A DNA stretch of 50,904 nucleotides from an uncultured Clostridia bacterium (GTDB taxonomy: Bacteria; Bacillota; Clostridia; TANB77; CAG-465), in contig CANRQA010000004.1 of NCBI GenBank assembly GCA_947632635.1, forward strand, positions 1 to 50,904. Reading direction: 5' to 3'. This document shows positions 1 to 9,764 of the stretch, in pieces. Position 1 is the stretch's first letter, and every line of letters starts with the position of its first letter. The position numbers were made by a program, and so were the translations under genes. The notes beneath the pieces are model-generated. The model was not told the DNA's origin. It did no database searches and saw only the letters and a list, made by a program, of their open reading frames with translations.

Positions 1-9
1 TGTCAATAG

Positions 10-35
10 AAAAAGCTAGATTTTTTCTAGCTTTT
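10..35. terminator. Rho-independent terminator-like hairpin
   Basis: AAAAGCTAGA (11-20) and TCTAGCTTTT (26-35) form a perfect inverted repeat with A/T tails. Confidence 0.7.
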
Positions 36-89
36 AAGATTTTTCTATTTTATTTCAACTGAAAAAGTCGGGTTATAACATAGATACGC

Positions 90-128
90 AAAAAAAAGCA
101 AATTTTATGAAAATGAAATTTGCCTTTT
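90..128 (-). terminator. Terminator downstream of the 44-aa ORF
   Basis: GCAAATTT (98-105) pairs with AAATTTGC (116-123), followed on the minus strand by a T run (A90-97 on plus). Confidence 0.6.
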
Positions 129-135
129 AAATTTT

Positions 136-165
136 TTGACTTTATTTTTATGATATTGGTATAAT
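136..165 (+). promoter_or_regulatory. Sigma-A-like promoter pointing antisense into the 44-aa ORF
   Basis: TTGACT (136-141), 18 bp spacer, TATAAT (160-165) with extended -10 TG at 157-158. Confidence 0.45.
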
Positions 166-300
166 TTATCTATATACTATTAAAAGAGCTATAACTGCAA
201 CAAAGCCTATTACTAAGCAACAAAGTATTAACCTTAATAGTGCTTCTAACCTGTCTCTAGGTGCTTCTAAATCATTTACTCTAGTTTCTAATTTTTTCAT
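166..300 (-). CDS. Small membrane peptide, 44 aa (MKKLETRVNDLEAPRDRLEALLRLILCCLVIGFVAVIALLIVYR); heptad N-terminus plus one TM helix
   Basis: Not in the ORF track (below the size cut-off). Translated by hand: ATG at 300, TAA at 166-168, GGAGG RBS at about 310-314, TTGAAT/TATAAT promoter at about 345-374 and a downstream terminator. Confidence 0.75.
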   Translation of the reverse strand: MKKLETRVNDLEAPRDRLEALLRLILCCLVIGFVAVIALLIVYR

Positions 301-393
301 ATGTACAACCTCCCTAAAATACCACTTCAATCTTAATATGTAATAATTATATAACTAACATAAAATTTATTCAAGTATTATTCTTAATTTTTT

Positions 394-1695
394 TTATTTA
401 ATTAAAAAGAGAGCATATAATGGAACTGATTTTATATTATTTTCAAATCCAAAATTTTTTGTTGATATCCTTATTCCGTATTTTGGTTTATATCTATTCA
501 TATAAATTTTTAAACTTTTACTACCTACATTATTATCTGCCTTTACTTCGATTGGTATAATTCCATCATCATTATATATTACAAAATCAATTTCTGCTTG
601 GTTACTAGATTCCCAATATATTAATTTATGTTTATTTGATAGCAATTGTGTTGCAACATAATTTTCAGCTATAATACCTTTATATAATAAAAGTTTATCA
701 AAAATTATATCGCTATATTTAATTTGAAGTAATTTTAATAATATTCCTACATCACTTAAATATAGTTTAAAATGATCTTCATTAACAAAACCTAGTGGTG
801 GAATTTCAACTTTATTTAAAATAGTACATTTATGTACCATTGTACTAGAAAGTAACCAGTCTAATGCTATTTCATATTCTCTTTTTCTGGCATTTGAAGA
901 TACTTTACTATATTGAAATTTATTAGAATTATTACCAAGTTGAGATGGTATAGATTTGTATATTGCTTCAATTTTTATAGACTCTGCTTTGTTTTGAACA
1001 TACTTATTCATATCATTTAAATATGAATTTATTATATCCTCTATAATTGTACTGTTAAACTTCAATATATCTTTATCATTACTAAGTAAATTTTTTATAG
1101 CTTCTGGCATTCCACCTACACATAAATATAACCTGTATAAATTAAGCAGTTTCGTATGTAAAATAGGGTCCATAGGCAAGTTGTTATTATAACAATTAAT
1201 TATCTCATCAATTAATGCTTGATTTTTGTTTGCCATTAAAAATTCCTCAAAATCTATAGGATACATATTTAACATTTTTACTTTACCTACTGGAAATGAT
1301 GTGTTCATTCTTTTAAGTTTTACTCCAAGTAAACTACCTGCACAAATTATTTTAAATGGCCTTTCATCTTCACTAAAGAATTTTAAAGAGCTAATTAATT
1401 CTTCACTTTCCTGAATCTCATCAAAAAATATTATTGTATTTTCTAAGTCAATATCAATATCTAGGTATAATTTCATTCTATTAAATTTTTCATAAGTGCT
1501 TATTTCTTCTTTAAATATTTTTATTATTTCTGGATGTTCAAATAAGTTAATATATATATAATTCTTAAATTCACTTTCACAAAACTTTTTTATTATATAT
1601 GTTTTACCTATTTTGGGTGCTCCTATAACTATAAGTGGCTTTTTTATATCATTTTTCTTCCAATCTATTAATTCATTATATATTTTTCTTTTCAT
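394..1695 (-). CDS. AAA family ATPase with C-terminal DUF4143 / PD-(D/E)xK-like domain
   Basis: Walker A GAPKIGKT, Walker B IIFFDEIQ, GGMPEA, KLYLSDVG and C-terminal EIDFV...IPIEVK motifs typical of AAA_14 + DUF4143 proteins. Confidence 0.9.
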   Translation of the reverse strand: MKRKIYNELIDWKKNDIKKPLIVIGAPKIGKTYIIKKFCESEFKNYIYINLFEHPEIIKIFKEEISTYEKFNRMKLYLDIDIDLENTIIFFDEIQESEELISSLKFFSEDERPFKIICAGSLLGVKLKRMNTSFPVGKVKMLNMYPIDFEEFLMANKNQALIDEIINCYNNNLPMDPILHTKLLNLYRLYLCVGGMPEAIKNLLSNDKDILKFNSTIIEDIINSYLNDMNKYVQNKAESIKIEAIYKSIPSQLGNNSNKFQYSKVSSNARKREYEIALDWLLSSTMVHKCTILNKVEIPPLGFVNEDHFKLYLSDVGILLKLLQIKYSDIIFDKLLLYKGIIAENYVATQLLSNKHKLIYWESSNQAEIDFVIYNDDGIIPIEVKADNNVGSKSLKIYMNRYKPKYGIRISTKNFGFENNIKSVPLYALFLIK

Positions 1696-1744
1696 ATGAG
1701 TACTCCTTACATATAATTATACTAAATTATTTTAATGTAGTTAA

Positions 1745-1835
1745 TACTTTATCACGTTTTTAATAGATCATTTTTATAAAATTTACACGTTTTTGATAGA
1801 TGCTTTAATATAAATTTACACGTTTTTTATAGTTG
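1745..1835. repeat. Three imperfect direct repeats with 33-bp period upstream of the AAA-DUF4143 gene
   Basis: CACGTTTTT(A/G/T)ATAG cores start at 1753, 1786 and 1819. Confidence 0.8.
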
Positions 1836-1839
1836 CACT

Positions 1840-2709
1840 TTACCATACAAGTTCAACTTTAGATTGTTTTAAATAGTTAATATATGTACTTAAAGGCATT
1901 GTCCTATTTGCATATATACGTGGAATAGAATATAAATCATGAATATTTGAATGGTACATTCCACCCGTCATTGCAAGCCCATATTTATATTGTTCTTTTG
2001 CAACATTTATTGTATCTTTATTGTAATCTCCTACTGGATAACAAATTGTAGAGAGCGATATATTGAAATCATTTTCCAATTTTTCCTTTGATTCTAATAT
2101 TTCTTTTCTCTCCTCTTCATCACTAAGTGTAGTAAGTTCTCTATGTGACAAAGTATGTGATTCAACAGATACTAGACCACTATCAATCATTTCTTTTATT
2201 TGTTCATCTGTTAAATAATTTTCTCCATTTATATAATTATATATTAAACATATTGTAGCTTTCTGATTATATTTTTTTAACAAAGGAAACGCATTATTAT
2301 AAAAATATACAAAACAATCATCAAATGTTAATGCAACAGGTTTATCATATTTATATAATGATTCAATTTCATTCATAAATATTGTTTGATATCCATTTTC
2401 TGAAATATATTTTAATTGTTCTTCTAAAGTTTCGGGTTTTAAAAAGTTTTCAGTATCAGGATAATTTCCATAATCCGAAAGTATAAAATGATACATAAAT
2501 ATTGGTACAGATGCAATTATCTCTTTTGGTAAAAGCTCTTCTTTACTATTAAGTTCAACCTTCTTATCAATATTATCATCAACATAAGGTATATCATTTT
2601 TAATATAATTTGGTTTATTAAAAAAATAGATTATAACTCCCACAAGTAATAAAGCTAGAAACAATATTATTAGAATTATAACTTTTTTATTAATTTTCTT
2701 TGAATTCAT
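1840..2709 (-). CDS. Membrane-anchored polysaccharide deacetylase (CE4, IcaB/NodB-like)
   Basis: N-terminal TM helix; PIFMYH, LTFDD, SHTLSH and YPVG motifs. Confidence 0.9.
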   Translation of the reverse strand: MNSKKINKKVIILIILFLALLLVGVIIYFFNKPNYIKNDIPYVDDNIDKKVELNSKEELLPKEIIASVPIFMYHFILSDYGNYPDTENFLKPETLEEQLKYISENGYQTIFMNEIESLYKYDKPVALTFDDCFVYFYNNAFPLLKKYNQKATICLIYNYINGENYLTDEQIKEMIDSGLVSVESHTLSHRELTTLSDEEERKEILESKEKLENDFNISLSTICYPVGDYNKDTINVAKEQYKYGLAMTGGMYHSNIHDLYSIPRIYANRTMPLSTYINYLKQSKVELVW

Positions 2710-2730
2710 ATCAAATTCTCTCCTACTTTT

Positions 2731-3747
2731 TTAATCATTTAATTTTTGTTGAAAGTTCCAACTATCCCTACACATGTCCTCAAGTGTCTTAGTTGTTTTA
2801 AAATTTAATTCTTGCTTTGCTTTACTTGGATTAGAATAGCAAACTGCAATATCACCTTTTCTTCTTGGCGCAATTTTATATTTTACTTTTACGTTATTAG
2901 CTTTTTCAAAAGCTTTTACCATGTCTAGTACACTATATCCTGTTCCTGTTCCTAAGTTATATACATATATTCCACTATTTTCTTTATTTAGTTTTTCTAT
3001 TGCACGAACATGTCCTATACTTAAGTCTACAACGTGTATATAATCTCTTACTCCTGTTCCATCATGTGTATTATAATCATTTCCAAATACCGATAACTCA
3101 TCTAATGTACCATTTGCAACTCTTGTTATATATGGCATTAAATTATTTGGAATTCCTTTTGGTTCTTCACCAAGTAAACCACTTTCATGCGCTCCTACTG
3201 GGTTAAAATATCGAAGTATTACTATATCCCATGTATTATCTGATTTATATAAATCTTGTAAAATTAATTCTATCATATATTTTGACGTGCCATATGGATT
3301 AGTAGTTCCACCTATTTTGCATTCTTCAGTTATTGGGATAATTTCTGGATCTCCATATACTGTTGCTGATGAACTAAATACAAATTTTTTTACATTAAAT
3401 TTTTTCATTGTATCAAGTAATACTAATGCGCCAGATACATTATTAATATAATATTCTAATGGCTTTTCTACGGATTCACCAACTGCTTTAAAACCTGCAA
3501 AATTTATAACTGCTTCGATCTCATTTTCTTTAAATACTTTTTCTAATTTTTCTCTATCTAAATAATTCATTTCATAAAATACAAAATCTTTACCTGTTAT
3601 TTTTTTTATATTCTCAAGTGCTTCCTTTTTACTATTTGAAAAGTTATCTATTACTACAAGTTCATATCCTGCATTTAATAACTCTACACATGTATGTGAG
3701 CCTATATATCCAGCTCCACCCGTTACTAATATTTTTTTCATAAACAT
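2731..3747 (-). CDS. galE: UDP-glucose 4-epimerase
   Basis: [26 protein letters not shown] and GVRDYIHV motifs. Start moved to ATG 3747 because an AAAGGAG RBS sits just upstream. Confidence 0.95.
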   Translation of the reverse strand: MFMKKILVTGGAGYIGSHTCVELLNAGYELVVIDNFSNSKKEALENIKKITGKDFVFYEMNYLDREKLEKVFKENEIEAVINFAGFKAVGESVEKPLEYYINNVSGALVLLDTMKKFNVKKFVFSSSATVYGDPEIIPITEECKIGGTTNPYGTSKYMIELILQDLYKSDNTWDIVILRYFNPVGAHESGLLGEEPKGIPNNLMPYITRVANGTLDELSVFGNDYNTHDGTGVRDYIHVVDLSIGHVRAIEKLNKENSGIYVYNLGTGTGYSVLDMVKAFEKANNVKVKYKIAPRRKGDIAVCYSNPSKAKQELNFKTTKTLEDMCRDSWNFQQKLND

Positions 3748-3760
3748 CTTAACTCCTTTT

Positions 3761-4903
3761 TTAGTTATTATTATTTTCAAATATATTTATCCATTTTCCA
3801 ATAATATTTTTAGGATAATATTTTTGAGCACTATTATGTGCTTTTTGACCAATTTTTTTTCTTAATTCTATATCATCTATTAATTCTTGAGTTTTATTTT
3901 GCATTTCATAAACATTTCTATCTGGTATAATAAACCCTGTTTGATTATTTTCTATTATTTCACGTGGGCCAACATCCACATCAAAAGCAACACAAGGTAG
4001 TCCATAATTCATAGCCTCACAAAGCACTAATGAAAAACTTTCACTTTTTGACGTTAATACAAATATATCAGATTTTAATAATTCTTTTTTTATATCGTCC
4101 TCGCTCAAAGTTCCTGTTAAAATCACCCTATTTTCTAAATTATTTTCTTTTATAATTTTTTCAAGGCTTTCTTTTTGACTCCCACTTCCAATTATCTTTA
4201 ATGTTATATTTTCATATTTTTGAGATATTTTAGAAAATATTAAGATTAAAGTTTTAAAGTCTTTTACTTCTTCTAGCCTCCCTATACTAATTATCTGATT
4301 ATTATTTAGTTTAGATGCCACACCATCAGAATTTTCATATATCATATTTGGAATAACTACTATTTTTGTATAACTATTACAATTTTTAAATACTCCCTCA
4401 TATAATTCTTTAGCTTTGTTGGTCATTACTATTAAATATTTTACATTATTAAAAGAATTCCTGCATTTTTTTAAGTATTTAGGTGTATTTATATATGAAT
4501 GTTCTTGTGAAATAGTTATTATATCCTTCCTCTTTATTTGTTTTGCAAATTCAATTCTTGTTGAAATTAATATATCAGTATTTAACTTATTAATAATACG
4601 TTTAAGTCCAAAGTATTTTGTATATAGTAATTTTATGTCATTAATAACATTTTTTATAAACAAAAATATTTTTAAATTAAATATATTTTGCTTTAATTCT
4701 TTTCCTCTTATTATTCCAAATGAATATATGAATTTTACTTTAATTCGTTCATCTAAATGATAAAATGAAGTGCTATTTAAAAGATCATAAAGTACCAATA
4801 ATGTCACATCATATTTATCTGCTAAACTATTTGCAAGTGTCGTAACTTGTTTTTCTAAACCACCATAATTTAAATGTAACAACAAAAAAGTTACTTTTTT
4901 CAT
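3761..4903 (-). CDS. Glycosyltransferase family 4
   Basis: GGLEK N-terminal motif, IGRL..VK and [10 protein letters not shown] (EX7E). Confidence 0.9.
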   Translation of the reverse strand: MKKVTFLLLHLNYGGLEKQVTTLANSLADKYDVTLLVLYDLLNSTSFYHLDERIKVKFIYSFGIIRGKELKQNIFNLKIFLFIKNVINDIKLLYTKYFGLKRIINKLNTDILISTRIEFAKQIKRKDIITISQEHSYINTPKYLKKCRNSFNNVKYLIVMTNKAKELYEGVFKNCNSYTKIVVIPNMIYENSDGVASKLNNNQIISIGRLEEVKDFKTLILIFSKISQKYENITLKIIGSGSQKESLEKIIKENNLENRVILTGTLSEDDIKKELLKSDIFVLTSKSESFSLVLCEAMNYGLPCVAFDVDVGPREIIENNQTGFIIPDRNVYEMQNKTQELIDDIELRKKIGQKAHNSAQKYYPKNIIGKWINIFENNNN

Positions 4904-4974
4904 ATTACTTTTTTCTCACCCATTCTATTTTAACATATAAAAATATATATTGCAAATAGAAAATATATTTTCAT

Positions 4975-5016
4975 TTGACTTATAATAAATAGTAATATAT
5001 AATAATTGCAAGGAGG
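4975..5016 (+). promoter_or_regulatory. Sigma-A promoter and RBS of the plus-strand GT-C gene
   Basis: TTGACT (4975-4980), 17 bp spacer, TATAAT (4998-5003); AGGAGG at 5011-5016. Confidence 0.75.
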
Positions 5017-5022
5017 AATAAA

Positions 5023-6528
5023 ATGCAAAATCTAAAAAAATACTTAAAAGAAAATTATATAAACATTTTAATTATATTTATCTATGCAATTATAACATAC
5101 AGCTTATATTTTAATAGTCATTACGTACATGATTCATATCGAATTTATGCAAACGGATTTTGGCAAAATTTAGAAGGCTTTTTCTCACAAGGTAGACCAA
5201 TTTCTATGTGGTTTAATATGCTATTTTCAGTTTTACACATTTCTCCATACATTGGTCAAAAAATATCGATACTTTTTACTATTATTTTTTTAACTGCATC
5301 TACTATGATACTTTACCAGATTATTATTAATAGATTAAAAAATACAAAATTTAATTTAACTAATTTCAATAAAATAATAATCTTGTTATTATCAACTGGA
5401 ATATTTTTTAATGTATATATTACTGAATGGATGATGTTTTTTGAAAGTTGTATTATTGCATTAGGTAGTTTATTATCTGTTATTTCAGCTTACTATATAG
5501 TTGAAAAAAAGAATAATAGCAAATATATTTTTTCAACTATATTTATGATTATTGGTATATTTTGCTATCAAGCAAGTATTTCAATAAGTGGAGCTATTAT
5601 ACTAATATTTACTATTTATGATAACAAAGAGAAAAATATTTTTGACATTGCAAAAAGAATTATTATTAATATGATACCTTATATCCTAGCGTTAATTTGC
5701 AATTTTGCATTTGTTAAACTAGTAAATATTAATAATGTTGTAGATACTAGACTTTCCGGTGAAGTGAATATATTATATAATATTTTTTTCATATTGAGGC
5801 AAGTAAAATGGGTTATTTGGAATATGTTTAACTTTCCTACTAAAATAATTATAGCTTTATTAATTTTATTTATATCTATATTTCATATTTATAATGTAAT
5901 AACTCAAAAAATTAGTAAAATTAATATACTATTTATTGCTCTAATACCGATTTCTTTATACATCTTAAGTATGTTACCAATTGTGGCTATGCCAAGTAAT
6001 GATATATATACTATGCCAAGAAGTGTACCATTTTTAGCATCACTTTTACCATTACTTATTATTTCAATATTATTATTTACAAGCAATATTTTTGAAAATA
6101 AAAAGTATATTTTTTACGTTATAACCATACTATATACAATTATTGTAACCATATCGGTTATAAAAATTACATCAGAATGTATAAAAAATAATACTCAAGA
6201 TATTAGTATAGCTAAAACTATACAATATAAAATAGATGAATATGAAAAGATTTCAAATAATATTGTTGATACTATTACTTTAGTACCTGATAGCAAATTA
6301 ACTATTAATGAAAAAAACATCTCTAATTTTGCAGACAACACAGTAAGAGCTTTTTCTGCCAGCTATGCCGTAAAAGAAATTATGAAATTTGTAAGTAATA
6401 GAGACTATAATATATCGAATGAAACAATTGACAAAAAAATAGAATTATTTGGAGATAAAGAGTGGGATACATTTTCATTAGATCAATTGATGTTTTCAAA
6501 TAATATTTTATACATTGTAAATTATTAA
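5023..6528 (+). CDS. Polytopic GT-C glycosyltransferase, GtrII-like
   Basis: About 11-12 TM helices; first-loop HD and QGRP motifs, YQAS and PRS motifs as in GtrII-type glucosyltransferases; convergent with gtrA/gtrB. Confidence 0.75.
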   Translation: MQNLKKYLKENYINILIIFIYAIITYSLYFNSHYVHDSYRIYANGFWQNLEGFFSQGRPISMWFNMLFSVLHISPYIGQKISILFTIIFLTASTMILYQIIINRLKNTKFNLTNFNKIIILLLSTGIFFNVYITEWMMFFESCIIALGSLLSVISAYYIVEKKNNSKYIFSTIFMIIGIFCYQASISISGAIILIFTIYDNKEKNIFDIAKRIIINMIPYILALICNFAFVKLVNINNVVDTRLSGEVNILYNIFFILRQVKWVIWNMFNFPTKIIIALLILFISIFHIYNVITQKISKINILFIALIPISLYILSMLPIVAMPSNDIYTMPRSVPFLASLLPLLIISILLFTSNIFENKKYIFYVITILYTIIVTISVIKITSECIKNNTQDISIAKTIQYKIDEYEKISNNIVDTITLVPDSKLTINEKNISNFADNTVRAFSASYAVKEIMKFVSNRDYNISNETIDKKIELFGDKEWDTFSLDQLMFSNNILYIVNY

Positions 6529-6532
6529 CAAC

Positions 6533-6586
6533 TAAAAATATTCTATTAATAAACATAAAGAATAGTTTATTAATAGAATATTTTTA
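6533..6586. terminator. Bidirectional terminator between convergent genes
   Basis: Long perfect inverted repeat TAAAAATATTCTATTAATAAAC ... GTTTATTAATAGAATATTTTTA. Confidence 0.8.
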
Positions 6587-7529
6587 TTATACATCAAAAT
6601 TAACTTTTTTATCAATTATATATTCAGGTCTATTTTTAGCTTCATCATATATTCTTGCAATATATTCTGAAATAAGCCAAATAGATAATAATTGTACGCC
6701 GGCAAAAAATGTTATAGCCACAATAATAGAAGTCCATCCCGGAGTAAGTCCATTAAATTTAAAAATATATGAGATTATTGCATATATAAACAATAAAATG
6801 GAAAGTATTATTGAAAAAATTCCTATACCACCTACTATTTTTAATGGTTTACTAGAGAAACTAATTATGCCATCTGATGCCAGTTTTAGCATTTTCGATA
6901 ATGGATACTTAGTCTTACCAGCAAATCTTTCTTGCCTTTCATACTCATAAGCATATTGTTTAAATCCAACCCAACTAAATAATCCACGCAAAAATTTATT
7001 ATGTTCTGGCAAAGAATTAATTACATCAATAACTTTTCTGTCAACTAATCGAAAATCTCCTGTATCTTTTGGTATCTCAATATCTGAAAGAAGATTTAAA
7101 GTCTCATAAAACATTTTAGCTGTCATTAATTTGAATCTTGACTCTCCTTTTCTAATTTTTCTTTTTCCATATATAACTTCATTTCCATCTTCCCAAAGCT
7201 TAAGCATTTGTGGAATAACTTCGGGTGGATCCTGTAAATCTGCATCTATAATAACAACTGCATCACCTGTCACATATTTTATACCGACAAGTTACAGCAC
7301 ATTGATGTCCAAAGTTCCTTGAAAAAGAAATTACTTTAACTCTCTTATCATCGCTTGCAATATTTTCTAATAATTCTAGCGTTTTATCTTTACTTCCATC
7401 ATTAATAAATATAATTTCATAATCATAAGATTTTATACTATTTAACACATTAGATAATCTTTTATAGCATTCTTCAACAACTTTTTCTTCATAATACATT
7501 GGCACAACTATTGAGACTTTTTTATTCAT
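6587..7529 (-). CDS. GtrB/CsbB-like polyprenyl-phosphate glycosyltransferase (GT2), split by a +1 frameshift at CGG 7286-7284; joined product 313 aa
   Basis: ORF 7263..7529 has VSIVVP, NDGSKD and SRNFGHQ; ORF 6587..7273 has DADLQDPP, TGDFRL and two TM helices. Skipping one base gives RNFGHQCAVTC-GIKYVTGDAVVIIDAD. Confidence 0.9.
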
Positions 7530-7556
7530 TTTAAATTTCCCCTTATACTATTACTA

Positions 7557-8030
7557 TTAGTTATTATTAAATATAAACAATTTACTCATAAAATAATTTA
7601 ATATAATAACAAATATATTTGATAAAACTTTTATAACCAAATCATTAAAATGAAATATACTTATTCCAACATACATAACGACTATCTCTAATATTAGAGA
7701 AAAAATTCTGGCAGAAAAAAAAGATGATACTTCTTTTAATAATTCTTTTTTATTTTTAGTTTTACTTTCAAAAACATATACTTTATTAGTTAAATATGCA
7801 AACATAACTGTAATACACCAAGCAATAATATTACTAATCATATAATTTATATTTATAACATTGGCTAACAAATGATAAATAAAAATATTAACAAAAGTAG
7901 ATAAAAAACCAAAAAATAAATATAAAATACCTTCTTTACAGTTATCATAAATCTTAATTAATGGGCTAAATATTTTAAATTTTCTAAAAATATTTACAAA
8001 TGAGTCAATAAAATTATTATATTCTTTCAT
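7557..8030 (-). CDS. GtrA family flippase
   Basis: Four TM helices; YLFFG, AYLTNKVYVF and NYFMSKLFIF motifs. Confidence 0.9.
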   Translation of the reverse strand: MKEYNNFIDSFVNIFRKFKIFSPLIKIYDNCKEGILYLFFGFLSTFVNIFIYHLLANVININYMISNIIAWCITVMFAYLTNKVYVFESKTKNKKELLKEVSSFFSARIFSLILEIVVMYVGISIFHFNDLVIKVLSNIFVIILNYFMSKLFIFNNN

Positions 8031-8076
8031 TACTACTCCTATTAAACTGAAAATATAAATTAATATTATATACTTC

Positions 8077-9756
8077 TTAATTTATAAATTTAACATCACT
8101 AGGAATATTATAATACATTTTAACCCCATTTTCAACCCATTCAGTTCCGATTAATTTTGTGAAGCCATAATTTTCATCTTCTGGATTTAAAATCTTTATT
8201 TCTTTAGATACACCATCATAATTTTTTAAAGTTGTAACATTAATTTCATTTATTAACATATTTTTATAATAACCTTTTATTATATTTACAGAGTTGAACA
8301 ATGAAAAATACATTAATGTGCATAAGAATAAAAATATAGTATTCTTTTTCTTTGAAAAATTAAATAATGTATACATAACTAATGTTATAAGCAAATATTT
8401 AACACCAAAGTATGCAACCATAACAAATATACATAAATTATACTGTAACTGTTCTTCGTGAATTATATGTATGCCTTCTACAATAGCAATAATAAATAGC
8501 AAAATTGTTAAAAAAGCTGTTCTAATTGGACTATAAGGTGCAATCAACATAATAAGTTGTGCTACAAATCCAGATGTAATACTTATAAAAAGTAAAGGCC
8601 TAGATTTCTTTATAATTATATATAGAGAGGTAACAATAGCTGATATTATAACGGTAATTGCATAAATATATGGCACTAACATTGTTATTTTATATGTACC
8701 TTCAATAATTTCATTATATATGTTCTTATAATTAAATAAAATCTTTTGTATGTAGTTATTACCAAAAATTTCAAATTTAACAACAAAAGTACAAGCTAAA
8801 AAAGAAATTAAAACAAAAATACAAAAATACAAAATTATTTTTATACTTCTATGAACTTTTTTATCTTTATTTAAATTATTTAAATTCAAAGTAATTAAAA
8901 TAGAAAATATAATAATTGTATAAAAATATATACCAGCAAAATTTCTCCAATAGTTATTTAATAACCCAAATACTGATTCTAACCTATATAATATTAACTC
9001 GAATTTATTTAATTTGAAAAGTTCTGGAAAACCTATTTCAAATCTAACACTATTACCTGGTGCCAAATAATAAATCAAAAATCCTATTATAGAAACTATA
9101 AATGAAATATAGCAAATATTAGGAATTTTTCTCTTTTTAACAATTTTAACATATAAAACCAATAAAAAGCACATTAAAATAATAATGGAACCTGATTGTG
9201 GTCCACTCCAACCTGCAAAAAAAGCTACAATTGGCAATAATATATAATCAAGCTTAACAATTTTCTTCTCTATTATTAACTTTGAATAAACATAATAAAA
9301 AAATAATAATAGATTATAAGAAGTAAATACATAAGCTAAATTACCATCTAGCCAATACAAAGTTTCTCTAGAAATAGAAATATCCAAAATAAATATTAAT
9401 AACCAGATAAATGTTGCAATAATCCACTTAATATTCTTGTTATTAAAAGCTACAATATTAGTTATCATGTACACTGTTGATACAATAATAAAAATTGCAA
9501 ATATTTTCCATACAATTATATCACAACAAAGAAACATTGTAGCAAACATAGAAGTAGGTCCTCCACCCCAATTAAAATAATCATATTTTAACTGTGAAAG
9601 TCCGGCCAAAAATCCACCTTCTTTTGAATTTACACCTAATGTATAATCATCTGCATATAAAACTACAAGTAAAATTTGAATTGTAAATATTAAAGTACCA
9701 ATTATCATTACAAGCATGAACTTTTTGTTTTCTTTAAAGTATTCCTTTAAATTCAT
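8077..9756 (-). CDS. Polytopic membrane glycosyltransferase-like protein (GT-C, DUF6056-like)
   Basis: YADDY after TM1, YW..G..Y and LAPGN..R motifs; many TM helices. Confidence 0.7.
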   Translation of the reverse strand: MNLKEYFKENKKFMLVMIIGTLIFTIQILLVVLYADDYTLGVNSKEGGFLAGLSQLKYDYFNWGGGPTSMFATMFLCCDIIVWKIFAIFIIVSTVYMITNIVAFNNKNIKWIIATFIWLLIFILDISISRETLYWLDGNLAYVFTSYNLLLFFYYVYSKLIIEKKIVKLDYILLPIVAFFAGWSGPQSGSIIILMCFLLVLYVKIVKKRKIPNICYISFIVSIIGFLIYYLAPGNSVRFEIGFPELFKLNKFELILYRLESVFGLLNNYWRNFAGIYFYTIIIFSILITLNLNNLNKDKKVHRSIKIILYFCIFVLISFLACTFVVKFEIFGNNYIQKILFNYKNIYNEIIEGTYKITMLVPYIYAITVIISAIVTSLYIIIKKSRPLLFISITSGFVAQLIMLIAPYSPIRTAFLTILLFIIAIVEGIHIIHEEQLQYNLCIFVMVAYFGVKYLLITLVMYTLFNFSKKKNTIFLFLCTLMYFSLFNSVNIIKGYYKNMLINEINVTTLKNYDGVSKEIKILNPEDENYGFTKLIGTEWVENGVKMYYNIPSDVKFIN

Positions 9757-9764
9757 AAAAATTA

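Noticed and set aside
1745-1835. Possible mini CRISPR array
   Set aside because: The period is only 33 bp, the intervening sequences resemble each other rather than being unique spacers, and no cas genes are present.
7317-7319. AGG as a second shift-prone codon
   Set aside because: AGG is read in frame as the conserved Arg of RNFG in the same gene, and no break in this window maps to AGG.
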